DNA of 64,000 nt, from assembly GCF_009914755.1 (NCBI RefSeq), contig NC_060941.1; one strand, given 5' to 3'. The stretch's first letter is position 1. The number at the start of each line of letters is the position of its first letter. The notes under the pieces are model-generated. The model did not search any database. It saw only the letters and a list, made by a program, of their open reading frames with translations, and was not told the DNA's origin. The DNA is from the human T2T-CHM13v2.0 reference genome, Homo sapiens. The translations under genes were made by a program, and so were the position numbers. Below, piece after piece: positions 13,851 to 27,105 of the stretch.

Positions 13851-14025
13851 GATGGTTTCCAACCTGGTTGTACACTAAAATCCCCTGGGGAGTTTTTAAG
13901 ATGTCCTGATGCCTGAGTCCCACCCCAGACCAATTAAGTGAGACTGAAAGATGGAGCCCTGGCATTGGTTATTTTTAACATTTTTCCAGCTGATGCTAAT
14001 ATGCAGTCAGGGCTGGGCACCCCCT
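13851..14025. mobile_element. MER5-family hAT-Charlie MITE
   Basis: aaatcccctggggag...caccccagaccaattaa...tgatgctaatatgcagtcagggctg. Confidence 0.8.
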
Positions 14026-17000
14026 GGGTCACATGACCTTCAAGGAGCCTTCCAGCTTTCAAACCCTTTAAAAAGGCAGCACTGCTGACTTGGACCAGGT
14101 CTTTGAGCCTGGTCTGTGTCTGGGCAGTCTGGCACGTGTCCTGCTGTTAAGCCCTGGGAGGTGGGGATGCCTCCTTCATGTGGGGCCCTTCGTGGGTGAC
14201 TAGGTCAGCTCCATCCGTTGTCTGTGCCCATGACTTCTTGTAATTTTCCTTTGTGGCACTTCTCAGTTCTTAATGATTGCTATTTGCTTGATTATTTGAT
14301 TTGTATCTGTGTCTTCCACTCTCCTCCATGTCCCCTTTGCCCAGCAAATACCATTAATCTATGACAAGAGGGTGGGCACTCACCTTGGTCTCTGTCCTAA
14401 TTTGCCTGAAAACTGAGAATGGTTCCTACTCAATGCTTCCCATCTCAACTTCCTTTGCTCTAACAAAACGGAGGTGCAGGAGCCCTGTCTGGAGAGGCGT
14501 GTAGGAGCTACACCTGTCTTCTGAAGAGGGCCTTGGAGACCTAAAGAAATGATCTGGGAACACTTTTTCCAGCACCCAAGGAAAGAACCCAGCAAACTAA
14601 TGAGAATTTTTTCTTGCTGGCTTAAGAGGGGGGGAAAATGCCTTTAGTGTTGTTGTAGCTGTTCTTAACAGCTGATTTAGAAGAAACACTGAAAGTATTG
14701 GTTTGAATCAAAAACATCAGTCCTGCCTGTAGTTCCGCCTTGGACCCATGCTGCCTGGTTGCAGCCCTGGAAGGCTGGGGGGACGGCACGCTTTAGCCAG
14801 GGGTCTGTTGCAGTATTTAAAGTGCCTATGCATTTCTACCCCAGAGGCCAGGTAGAGAGAGGTGTGTGCTTACAGATCGAGTTCTAAATTTCCTCCCCAC
14901 TTCCAAAATCACTAGTTTTGGCATCTTAAGTCTTCTTTTAATTAAGTTGATTCATTTGCTCTGGAAAGAGTTTTCCTGATTCAGCTAGTATATTTATGTA
15001 TAAACTACTCTGGAAACACCTGGCAATTTTTCTGAGTGACAATGAGGAGACGTCGTTTGAAAATTATGGTTTAATTTGCTCCCTCCCCCATGCTGTCTTA
15101 CCTTTTCAAAAATGGGTAAGATTTACAAAAGAAGCTTTGTATTTTGCCCATATGTTTTACAGCAGAGATATGTGTATCAACAATACCTAATAATTTCCCT
15201 TCATGTTATTTTTAGAACTCTAGCTTTTAATGGACAATTGAATCATTCCTTGGCAAAGAGGAAATCATCTAATTACATGTTTTTATTTATTATGAATTTG
15301 CAGGTAGGCCCCAGAGAGATTGGTGAGCATATATAAAAAGTTAGAATAAACAGCATCTTAATGACTATTTTCAGGAGTGAAAAACTATGTTGTCTCTTTA
15401 GGGTTGCATCCCAGCTCTGTGTGTTGTGTGTATGTGCGTGTGAGTGTTGCTTGCAGAGTGTGTGCCTGTGAGTGTGTTTGTGTGTAGGTAGGAGGGTGCA
15501 AGGCACATTTGAATTGGACGTGGCCCTCGGTTGGTTTCAGAAAGTAAACTGGAATCAAAAACGCTATAAAGGATCAAAATAGGAAAGAAGACACCTGCCC
15601 CTGTTTTATTTTGCTTTATTTTAGGTTTATGGCCTCTTTAGTGTGGGACTAATTAAAATCCCCTGATAAGGCCTAGTACCCTGGCCTGGTCATTAGCAGC
15701 GTTGTTCACTTTTCCTGGGTAGGATAAGTGGCTTCCAGAAACAAAGTGGTTTGAATCAGAAATGGCACCTCCTGGGTTCATCCCCTCTTTTCTTTTCTTT
15801 ATAAGGTTCTTTCAAAATGCACGGGGTAGGGCGCTGCAGGTAGCCCAGCGAATCTTGCTGCTGCCAGGGCAGTAGCAGCTGGGGTGGGAAGAGGAGAGCA
15901 GCTGGGGTTGTGTTATTAGTCATTCCATGAAGAGATTGATTTGATAAATAATAAAGCAGCGATATTAGCAACACATGCTTGCAGGTCAGATGACTTCGAT
16001 GAAAACCCCCAGTTAAGTGTGTGTAATGGTTTGACAATATATATGCCTTCTAAAAACATCCTATTTTAAAATGGAAATTGGACTGTTCTTGCAATTCTTA
16101 GCAAATATGCCAAGACCATTACCAAAGGGAGCTTGGAAATCTGAAGGGTGATGTTTCTATTTAATTTGGCCTCTACCCTCCCCCTTTCAAAGGATGCTTA
16201 AACTCACTTTGTTTTCCTGTCCTTGCCTTTTCATTTTGTTAACTGTTTTGATTTGTAAAATACTATGCCTCATACTACACTCCTTTATGATGATTTACTG
16301 TGCTGTTCTTATCTTTCACCTTAAATCCTTGATAAGAGCATTTTAAAAATGAGATTGCTACCTGACACTATTATAAAATCTTGGCTGGCAGCCAGTGGAG
16401 AAACAAGCACGTTTGGTGGGGGAGGTGGGGGCAGAGAAGGAGACTGAGTTTAGAGAAAGGAAAGATTTTCAAAGGAACTGTATAGCAGATTTTCCCCCCT
16501 CTGAATTCTGGAGGCCCCCCCGTTTTTTAAGTAGAGCGTTAATGCAACCTCATAAGTGCCTCCTCACTATTGCCTAGTGGACCGTGGGGTGGGCGGTGAG
16601 TGAATTGAACAGACAAAGATTCTTTGGGCAAAGGTTATCTGCGCTGAAGATGAAACTCCCATATGTCCTTTGCTATGAATTGGAACTGGGTGGATGGATG
16701 GACCAGACAGATGGATAGCAGTGAACCAGCTACCATATTTATAGCTAGGAGCACGTGCCCTTCTCAACTCCAGACATCCCCACCCCTGTATCCCACCTTG
16801 TTCTGTTCCAGACACATCAGAGCAGAGCCCCCTTTAGTTGCAGCAGCTATGGCAGCCGACTGCCCAAAGATGGAAACTTCTGTGTGTGTGTTTTGTCTAG
16901 AGATCTCCTTTTATCCACAAAGGGCATCACCGATGGGGGGACCAGTAAATAGAGCTGTCTGAAGTAGCAGGCCGTTGAAATTCTAGTATTGTGACTTAAT

Positions 17001-18379
17001 GAACTCTTGTCTTTAATTCCTATGACTTGGAGAAGACAGCCATTCTCTCCCCATAATGGAGCTCGTTAACCCATCTCTGTACTGACTGGTGCTTTTATTA
17101 TTATTATGACGACTGGAGAACATAAGTCTGAATGTTAGAATAACAGGTTTCCCAAGTGCCTGGCAGAGAAGGGGGTGTATAATGATGATGATCTTTCGTG
17201 GGAATAACAGCGGCCACCGGCTTATCTGGCGCAGGCATTATTACATCTGAGTCGCCTGAAGTGCCATTTGTGAAGACCTGGTATTTATTGTCCTAGATTA
17301 TTGGGGTGGGGGAGGGTGAGGCAGCAGAGGGGACACTTATCATCCCGTCAGGGCTCGACAGCCGAGGGGCAGCTGCTGGGTGCGAAGGCCACAGTCAGCG
17401 GGAGGCCCCTGTGTGTAACTGGAGATTCCGGGGCGATTATGCCCAATTTATCACGCACCTCATGAAAATACAATCCACCACCAAAATGACTGCTTTTGGA
17501 AACTGTCTTGTCTCTTTTGAGCCGAGACTGGAGACAACCAGACAAGGTTCGGTGGTAATGAATAAAGAAACATTACTTTCTGAACACAATCTTCTGTCAC
17601 CAGTCACTTTTCAACAGACATTCAATCAAAATGCTAATAGCAGCGGCAACAAGGGACCGCGGTTATTGTAATACTAATTGATTGGTTGGAGGGTGGGTTT
17701 TGATAAGTGCAGCCGAAGATTTCTGAAATATGATTCTCCTTAATTACTGTGATGCTAATAAAAACGAACAAATGATTTAATGATGATTTCCTGGGTAATG
17801 GCTTAAAGATTTTGTTTGAGTTTAAAATGAGATAGGGTAAAAAATACACCAGAAAAATAGGGCTCTGGTGGGTGGCCTTGCCTTTATCAAACCTAGGCAT
17901 GGGGATTCAAATCCAAGAATGCCCTTGGAAGGCTGTGTGGCATGGTGATAAAGGCCTCTCCTGGGCAGCCAGGGACGACCAGGCTGTGGGTGGATTCCAG
18001 CTTGAAGTCATTGGCACTTCTGAGAGTGGATGCTGATCTGTCCATGTGTTCCCTTTGGGTTTCCCCAGGATGGCCAGGCTGTAGCCTCCCGCTGTGGGGC
18101 AGAGTGAAACCCCCTGCCCCAGGAGAGGTACATCTGTGCTTGAGGCTCTGGGGCTTCATGCTCTTGTCCCACGGCCACTGTGTCCTGGGCCCTTCCATGT
18201 TCCAGGTGCAATGCTAGTTCTGGCAGTACTGCAGGGAACAAGGCAGGCCAAATCCCAGCCCTCCTGAGCTCATGTTCTGCGGGGAGAAGGAACATACATC
18301 ACACGATTTCAGGTACTGCTGAGGGCTAAGAAGAAGAGAAAATAGGGAGCTGTTGGCGAGGGGGCCTGGGCCTACTCTG

Positions 18380-19080
18380 TTTAGGTGGGTAGCTGGGAGT
18401 GGCCTCCCTGAGGAATAGGCCTTGGACTTGGGAGGCAGAGAACTGTGAGAAAGGCATTCCAAGGAGCAGATAACAGCAAGTGTGCAGGACCTGGCATGGG
18501 AAGGAACTGATTGATGTGTTGGTAGGACAGGTGGAGGGCTGGGGCCTCCAAGAGGGACAGTGGTAGAGATGACTGAGAGAGGCAGACAAGCGCTGGATGG
18601 TAAATGACTTGTGAGCCAGGCAAGGCAGATGGGAACCCTCAGGAGGAGGTCAGAAGGGCAGAGGCATATGGCTGGTGCTCTAGAAAGATCCCAGTGGCTC
18701 CCTGAATTAAGGAAGGACGGGGATGCATGTTTGGAAGCAGGGTGGCCAGTGGAAGTTTATTGGAGAAGTGCAGTGGAGAGCTGATGGCGTCTTGGGTGAG
18801 GGTTGTACAGTGGAGGTGGGGAGAGGCAGTGGGATTTAAAATTTATATTTGGAGACAAGTTATGGTAGATTCTGATGGATTGGAAATGGGTTATGAGGTG
18901 AGGGGAGAGAGAAAAATTAGAGTGAACTCTAGGTTCTTGGGTTGAGCTCTTGAGGGATGGTAGTGCTATTCAATAGTATGGGGACTGCTTTGGTGGAAGG
19001 AACACATTTTAAGAAGAAAATCAGTTGTTCTGTTTGAAATTCCCATTGGGATCCATTTGGTGATGTTTAGTAGTTGCATA
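18380..19080 (-). mobile_element. L2 LINE fragment
   Basis: Purine-rich antisense L2 motifs (ggcctccctgagga, aggcattcca, gatggattggaaatggg, aggttcttgggttgagc). Confidence 0.7.
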
Positions 19081-19086
19081 GACAAA

Positions 19087-19090
<4 letters not shown>

Positions 19091-19140
<50 letters not shown>
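19091..19140. repeat. (AC)25 microsatellite
   Basis: 50 nt perfect AC repeat. Confidence 0.97.
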
Positions 19141-19143
<3 letters not shown>

Positions 19144-20390
19144 TCTGGAGAATTAACATAACCTACCCAATTGTTTTTGCATAAACCTCTCTAAGGAAAG
19201 GATTGTTTCAGGGGAACTCTGAGTAGATTTTATCATCAGTGTGGTAGACAGTGAAACTTGGAGAAAGGGTGGTTGTTTGGTCCCTAAACACTCCAGTTTT
19301 TCTAGCATTCAGGGTCCCCTGTGCTTTTCTGTTGCAGTTCATCCAGAGTGTTTTGTGAATGATGTTGCATTCAAGAATCAAAGCATCATTGCATCCACCC
19401 CAACAGGGAAGAGAGATCCCATAGATGTGGACGCTCTTTAGTACGCATCGTGGCATCCTCCTCCCAGTGTGTGTAGAGGGGTTTGGGCTCACTGTGAATG
19501 TCCTAGGAAAACCAACTCTGGGGTCCAAAGCCCTGACCACTCCCTTCTTCTTAACAGCTCCCTGGGTCTCTCAGATTTCAAGGGCTTAACCTGTACAGAG
19601 GGGCTTACCCTTTGTATCCCTGTCCATGCAGATCATAGGTGGGCCTCCCTGGGGTGGGTGCAGCTCTGACATATTAATTCGTTTAAAAAAAAAATCAGAT
19701 TTGTGTTATTGGGGTGGGAGTGGGGGCTTAATTGGGGCGGAGAGGCAGTGATAGCCTTCCTTTCAATTTGTCAAGCTTTCTTTCAAAAGATCTGCCAAAG
19801 AAGAAAGGGTAATTAATAGGCTTGAAGTCATTTCCGATGTGTCAGGATTTCTGCCTTGCTTCCAAGTGATAATGTTCGCAGGCTCCGGGCCTCTAGGGAG
19901 CCTTCCGTCTTATTAACTTGTCTGGGAGAAACAGGGAGTAGGGACAGCTCGGGCCAGTGGGTGACAGGAAATAAAGATTTGTGGTGTAGTGAGCTGTAAA
20001 CACTAGGGCTGGAGAAGTTTGGTGTGGGGGGCTGGGAGCGGGTGGGGGTGGTGCAGAGGGAGAGGGTTTGCTCTCAAACTCCACTTCATGAAGCAAAGTC
20101 CTAGAGTTTCCTGGGTCAGATGGCCATTCGGAGTCAGCCCGGATAACCCCAGGGAAGAAGTGCTTTTTAATGAGCAGTGTTTAGACACTCGGCAATTTTT
20201 GTGTGTGTTCACCTCTTCACCCCTTACTTCTCACTGTTTGTTTACCCTTCCCCCCCCCACCCCCCCGCCAAAAAAAATCATCTCCCACTGAAAAGATCTT
20301 TGGACTTTACAGTGGTTATTCTCACAAGCCCTGGACATTGTCTGCACACATAGACACCAAACTTTTGACTTTTCCAAAGACAGAATTATT

Positions 20391-20526
20391 TTATTTGTTT
20401 GTTTTTTAAAAGGCTTGGTCTCACTATGTTGCCCAGGCTGGTCTTGAACACCTGGGCTTAAGTGATTCTCCCACCTGGGCCTTCCAAAGTGCTAGGATTA
20501 CAGGCGTGAGCCGCCGGGCGCCGGCC
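20391..20526 (-). mobile_element. FLAM / Alu left monomer
   Basis: Single monomer ending ccggcc; flanking duplication GACAGAATT(A/G)TT at 20379 and 20527. Confidence 0.88.
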
Positions 20527-20944
20527 GACAGAATTGTTAATGAGTATATATTAAGCATCTAATTGTGCATGCTGCCATCTAAGACTTGGCCAGTTATGTG
20601 GGCTTGGTGCCTAGCCTGCAGGGGTTTATGCTTTGCGAAAACAAGCCCACCTCCCCACTGCCCTTTTTTTTTTTTTTTTTTTTTGCAACAAATGGGTTTA
20701 GTTGCACAGTGCCCAGCATGGGCTGCTGTCCGGCAACTAAAGTCGTGGTTGAGAGTATGGAGAAGGGATACTGTTTTCCTTCCATTTCCGGTAGTTGCTC
20801 ACTACCATGACCCTGTTGTTGTGATAGCTCTTTGCTGTCCTTTCTACCTCACCTTCACCCTATCCTCAGCTATAATACCGTTTAGCTTTGCAGATTAGGA
20901 GCTGGGTGAATATAATGGTTCGAGTGAATGGATGAATGAGAATA

Positions 20945-21120
20945 GTCATTGTAGGCACTGCTGAGGCTTTTTCATACATCCCCACATTTAATGTTTACAG
21001 TCTAGCCCCTCCATTTACCTAATGGGTGACTGATACTCAGAGAGGTTAAGTAACTTGACCAAGGTCACACAGCCAGTAGGAGGTGGAGATTGGGATTTGA
21101 ACCCAGGAATCCTGTTTGAC
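20945..21120 (-). mobile_element. MIR SINE
   Basis: ctcagagaggttaagtaacttgaccaaggtcacacagc...gggatttgaacccagg. Confidence 0.88.
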
Positions 21121-24100
21121 GATAGCTCCTTGACCCCTAGGTGGGCTCCTGCATTTGTACTCAGGGGCAAGGCATCAGTAGTTGGCAGAGATCTTAGCTT
21201 GATGCCCAAGGCCTTGCTGAGTAGAGAAGGGAGTTCAAGAGAGGCTTGGAGATGGTCCCTTTTTGGAGCAACCTCTGACTGCAGGGAGGTCAGTTGAGAC
21301 CCTGGACAGGCATCCAAGCATTTGGAGGAGGGTTGATGCTGGAGCAGAAGCAGCATCTTCACAGGCTGTGGTCACTCCTGAGCTGGGGGAAGCCACCCTG
21401 CCTGTCTCCTCTCCCTACCCCATCCCCGCCTTAGTTGTCAGTGAATGCGGTCTTTTCTGAGCTAATTAGAAATCTCAATAGGATCGAGAATAGCTGCCGA
21501 AGACAAACGCCCCTTTTAAGTGCTATCAGTGCATGGGAGAGGGGGCTTGCAGAACTGTTCTTAGAGCTTGGGTTTGGTGGCTCCGGCTGGCAGCAGGAAG
21601 CAGTGGTTGTCAAGGCCTTACGGCAGCTAGCCTGGGGAGGACAGCATCCCAGGCGACCTTCAGGATCAGTGCAAGCACAGATCTCCTTGACGGACACCCC
21701 CGTTTGGGACTTGTTCTTCTCCTTTGTTAACAAAAGTGCTTAAGAAGTAAAAATTGAGTTAGTATAGGAAACCTGAAGTAAATAATGCTGGCTTCAGCTA
21801 TATGCAAGCTGTTCCTCACACACTGTGCTTTTCATTGTTTAAAATAGCAAGGTTTGGATTTGGGGGGGTCACAGGGAAAGAACACGATGTCTCTTTTACT
21901 TTTGTTTTTGTTTTGCCTCTTTTTACCTTTTCTTTTCCAAAAGTAATTTTTGGGACAGAATCAGAAGTGAAGCAAAAATCCAAACGAGCTCTCCGTTTTC
22001 TTAATACCTGTCTCCCCTTGTCTTTTTCTGTCAGGTTTGAAGCCGGGCTGGAAAATGTTGGAGATTTTCAGCCTGGGGAAGAGTCGAGGTTCAGGACATT
22101 TTTCCTTTTCCTAGGAAAACTCAGAGCAGGGTTAGACAGTTCGCACATCCAAGACCAACACGCATAGGCACACACGTAGCCCTCTGTCTAGGGCCTGATT
22201 CAGTCTGCATTCGAGAGTGTTCTGAATGAGAGCACTGTGTTGGCGTCTTCCACACCAGCCTCACTTCACAGGAGAATTTTTCAGGAGCCATTTTTCTATT
22301 AAACTCAAGAGCAGAAATTGATGGGGGGATGGGTGCTCTCTGGAGATGTAATTTGAATTTATTTATTTTAATGATTAAAGAGAAAGAATGGTTATTATTC
22401 ACATGAATGACCTTCTCCCGGTGCTTTTTTGAAAGGAGTTGTGTTGGTTTATTCAAAGTGGCTTAGAACTCACATAATGGCTTACTTCTGTGGAGCTTTC
22501 TGAATGAAGCCATGAACTGGGAGGGAATCAAAGTCCCCTTATTTCAGTGCCGGGAGGTAAATGGATAGGGGACAAAAGGAGCAATATTATGTCTCAGACT
22601 AAATAAGGTCTCCAGATCAGGGGCTGAACCTGCCCCGGCTCCATCCTGAATTCTTCCTGTGCGGGTAGGTCCTCACTGGACTCACCTGGGCTGGAGAATC
22701 AGCTTGGCCACAGACTCCTGGCTTGGTGTGAGCCTCGGGGATTGCTGCCGGAGGGAGGGCGGAGGTCTGTAGGTGGAGAGGTAGGTTCAGGTGGGTGGAG
22801 AAGGCACACAGACCGCCGTCTGGGATGAGGTTGCTATTGGATTGGAAATTGCTGTTCAGCCGAGGGTAGAAATCAGGTGCCTGATGTGTGCCAGTTGCTG
22901 CATGACGTCTGCCGAGCCCCAGGTGCACCCATGGGGTCATGCATGTACACACACTGGTGTTCCCACACCCCCCTCTTCCTGCACTGCCATGCCCCACCGC
23001 CCTTCCCCCACCCACTGCTGAAGTCTTAGCTTTCAAGTGCAGGTGTTGAGGTTAATAACAAGAAGTATCCCAGTTGGCCATTTGCATATGAGACTTCTCA
23101 CTGGGTTCTAAAGGTGGGAAGGAAGGGATTTAAAAAGATCACGGGCGTGAAAGCTGGAAACAGTGGCGTCCATTGCTTGGGGCAAGGATTGACTAGAGGT
23201 GATTTTATGTGCTGACCGCTCCTGTAGAAAGAGAAGCTTAGGCAGATGTCATGCCCTGCCTGTGCCCACCCAACCTTTCTCCCCCTGGCTGGAGCACTCA
23301 CTCCAAGCCAATAGCCCAGCTTCCCTGGATCCCTCAGCTCCAAAGGGTTGCCTCCTACTCCACTTGCTGCATAGAGGGGTTTTCTGGAACAGAGAATGTG
23401 CTGGACCTAGAGCCCCTCGTCCTGGGGCTCGAGGACCCAGCTCATGTGACCTTCAGCAGGTCTCTCCTGCTGCTGCCCCAGGACTGGCCACACACCAGGG
23501 CTCTGTCCCCCGACTTCCTCACTAGACCCTCAGGCCATCTGGTCGTGAGGTTTTTACTGCTAACGGGACAGAGTAACGCACATAACCCATGGGGGAGTTG
23601 CAGCGGTCTAATTGAAGTTCAGAGTGATGTTCACTGGTCTGTAATTCCTGACTCCCTTCCTGAGAGAGTCCTGGGAACTGAGCTTGGCTTTCTGCCTGCT
23701 GCTTGTCTCTGATTATGGAGACCAGCCAGCACCCCCCAACCCAGCCCCCCACTCACTGCCCTGCTGCATCCAGCCCCTGGGTCTTCCACCTCCTGGCACG
23801 CTCTAGCCTAGGCCTGAAGTAGCAGGGCCAGACGCTAGGTGTCGCCGTCCTGGACCTGCCTCCATCCCCGGAGGTCTTGGCTCATGGGCTTTCTTGATCT
23901 CTGAGTGTCTTTTTTAATCCCTATTGCCCAGCAACGGCTTCCTTGGTTAGAGACAGTCTGGCAAGTTTCCTCTGGTTCAAACTTACGTTTGAAGTTTTTC
24001 TACAACCAGAAGGTGATTCTCTGGCTTCTGAGCTTCACCCAACCCTCTCTGAGCCCCAACATGGGGGAACACTGGTCTCTTCTTTCTGTGACTGGTCATC

Positions 24101-25964
24101 TTTTACAGCTTTGATTCATGCTCTTAGTTTCCAGTTTTATATGTGCTTAAGCATTATAAGACACCTCAGTATTTTTAGGAAATAAGTGGGGACATAAATA
24201 TAAACAACCCGGAAATCACTGCCCCTAGAATTCACAGAGTGGAAGAACCAAGCTTTTTAGGGCTGATGTGGCGTGGGCTGGGAGACTTCTCTTTTGAGAG
24301 GCTGATACTGGTCTTTGAATGAACTCTTTACCCCACCAAAAGTAGAAAAAGGATTCCAGTGACTTCAGAAATTTTTGTTGTTGTTTTGAGAATGTTGGCA
24401 CCACTGGGAATAATGAGAGACGCCTGGCCTATTCAAAAGTGGCATCAGAAACCTCAGTGTTGGAAATGCAGCCTTTGGTTGTCCATCCCCGCAGCTAGAG
24501 CATGAGCCCCCCAAGGCCAGACTCGAGGGCTCAGCGCTTCAGTTGAGTAGTCCTGATTGAACTAGGCTCATGGGCACAGAGCACTGGACTGGGGACCATA
24601 GTGGATGCCAAGGCTCGACCAGTGCAAAATCAGCCCAAACTGAAAGCTGTTTGGGAAGGCAGAATGAATGTATCATCTTTCACTCGGCAATTTTTCAAAA
24701 TTCAGCCACAGGTCTTCCTGGACCCCTAGCCAGGTTTTGATTTTCTAGGCTGGGATGAAAGATGAAAGAGACGTTTATTTGGTGGGAGGGGGATTGGGAC
24801 ATTGAGCTGCTTTTAAATGATGTTAAGAATCCCATTCTTCTCCCTGCTTTCCCACTTCTGCCCTGGTGTTGACTTTGAAAAACCTTCCAAGACAGGCTGA
24901 GGCTAAGGAGATGGGGGAGCTTTCCTGAGCAGCTTTCTGAGGTCCGTTTTTTTCTTTTGAAATAGACTGGAAATCTATCTCGGCTCTGAATCATCCTTCG
25001 ATTCTCATCGCGGAGGGGCAGAGAGGAGGGTGCACGGGCAGCCCAGCTCATGTGCCTTTGTGGCCATCCCTCCTCCTGGCCAAGAGATAACCGGTTGTTT
25101 TTGAAAGTCCTGTGTTTATCGCGAGAGAGCAGTGTGGTCAGAGAGGCGGTGAGGAAAGAGCCGGCAGCCCTTCTGTGATGGATGGGTAGCCGACTTTTCT
25201 TGTGAAGCAAAGGCAGCCCACAAGTTTGTCTCTTTCAAGAGAAGAAATTTAAAGCAAAGCTCCAGAGAGAGAAGTTTTTTCAGTCTGGTCCTTCATGTAG
25301 GCTTAACAATTCTAGGAGGGCCCTGAAAATGGCAGAGACCTCAATTCTCCCCTCCCTCCCTGCCCCTTTATGGGCTCCCTAACTAGAGAGGTTTGCAAAG
25401 CTTAAGGGGATTAATGCTCTTTAAACCTCTGCACTCCTTCCTGCTCCTCATGGGATCCGGGTGCTAATAAAGATGTACTAGCTTGGAAAGGCTGGTAAAC
25501 GCTGCTTTGTTGCCACGGCAACAGGCGAAACAAGAACGACACCAAGTATTGCTAAGAAGAGTCCTTAGGATCAAGAGTTTGGGGCGGGGGAGGGGGGGAA
25601 TGGTTCTTAAAAATGCAGAGAGTCTTGGCAAGGTAATTAGACTTGGTGCTCTCAAAGTAAATTCATAGTTTTATGGAGCATTACTAGAGAGCCTTGTTAC
25701 TTGCAAAGTCACCCTCCATCAAGTAGAAGGAACAGCTGAGAGCCGCCAGCATCTGCCGCCAGTTGCTCCAGTGAGGCTGGGGTGTTGCGTCCTGAGACAC
25801 CATCCCCCATCTCCTCCTCAGCAAGTAGTCAATGTGTGCACACGCGCTTGTTTGGGAAGCGTTAAAAAGCTCTATTTCCTGCCTCCTTGGTGTTGAAAGA
25901 TATGAGGGAATGTTCTACACCTGCCTTCTATCCGGGATGATGTTATTGTTTTTAACAAGGATGA

Positions 25965-26165
25965 TAAGACAGTAGCTAAGCACTCCGTAAGCCTGTGTAC
26001 TGGGCTGAGCAATTCTTTTGCTTTATCTCATTTCACCTTCAGGCTGACCCTGTGTGGTGTAGCTGTTATTATGCCTGTTTTTTCTGATGAAGAAACAGAA
26101 GGGTTAAGGAACTTGCCCATGGACACACAGCCAATGACAGAGCTAGGGTCTGAACAGGTGTGGCT
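25965..26165 (-). mobile_element. MIR SINE
   Basis: gatgaagaaacagaagggttaaggaacttgcccatggacacacagc. Confidence 0.75.
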
Positions 26166-26449
26166 ATAAAGCCTGGGCTTTGGCCCGTGGGCCATATCTT
26201 TACAGACTCACAACCATCCCTTCCTGCTGCTCGAATTTTCATTCTTGAGGCATGAGCAGCGCCTGCAGCCCCTGCTGGGATGTTTTGCTCAAACCTGCTG
26301 AGACTTCCAAGGGAGCCTGGGACTCTGCTCTCCTACTCCTTTCCTCCCTTGTGTTTGGGCACTCGGCTGAGCTCCTTGGAAAGATTTCTGCTTCCTGTGG
26401 GTGAGAAGTAGGGCAGTGTGAGGAGGCAGGGCTGCTAGGCTAAGATCCC

Positions 26450-27105
26450 AGGCTGCCCCACTGACCCATGTCCCTTCCTGGGTAATGGTGCCCAGTTGCT
26501 CAAGCCATACCTGAGGCTTCAGCCCGGGCCCCATCTCCCACACATCTAGCCAGCGTCCGCACCGCCAGCTCTGGGTCGCCCTGTCCTCTGCACCCACCGC
26601 CATGCTCTGTTTCAGACACCTATCCCATCTGTCCCTGGCAGAGCAGCAACTCTCCGGGGACTCCTGCCTCCAGGCCTGTGACCCATTTAGAGGGATCTTT
26701 CTGAAATGTGATTCTGGTCGTGCCAAGTTTAGTGGCTGCCTGCTCAGGCGCCTCAGTGTGGCCTCCAGGGTAGGCGTGATGGAGCCTACCTCTCCATTCC
26801 CTGTCCGCTGGGGTTCCCTGCTCAGCGCAGCAGGGACCCCAGCAGCTCCTCAACCAGCCAGGTTCCCTGTCAACTTTTGCACATATTAACCCCTACCCAC
26901 CTTTCCTTTGATAAACTCCTGAGGGTCCTCAGATGGGTGCCCCTTCCTCCCTCCTGAACCCCCTGAGCATGCCTCCATCATTATTTCCCTACACTGACTC
27001 CCCCAGTTACTATGAGGATCTTAACTGCAGGAGACCATATTCTGTTCCTCTTGGTGTCCCCAGTACCTGGGACATAATAGGTACTTGGTATATGCTTATT
27101 AACCA
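26450..27105 (+). mobile_element. L2 LINE fragments
   Basis: Pyrimidine-rich L2 motifs (agagggatctttctgaaatgtgattctg) and a 3' end agtacctgggacataataggtact. Confidence 0.6.

Noticed and set aside
16284-16298. TTTATGA/TGATTTAC HOX-PBX-like motifs
   Set aside because: Isolated short matches in AT-rich DNA; expected by chance
24695-25210. 171-aa minus-strand ORF, and other 100-170 aa ORFs such as 23251, 28659, 30453, 40102
   Set aside because: No homology recognised, mostly non-ATG starts, no supporting exon structure; expected by chance in ~48% GC intron
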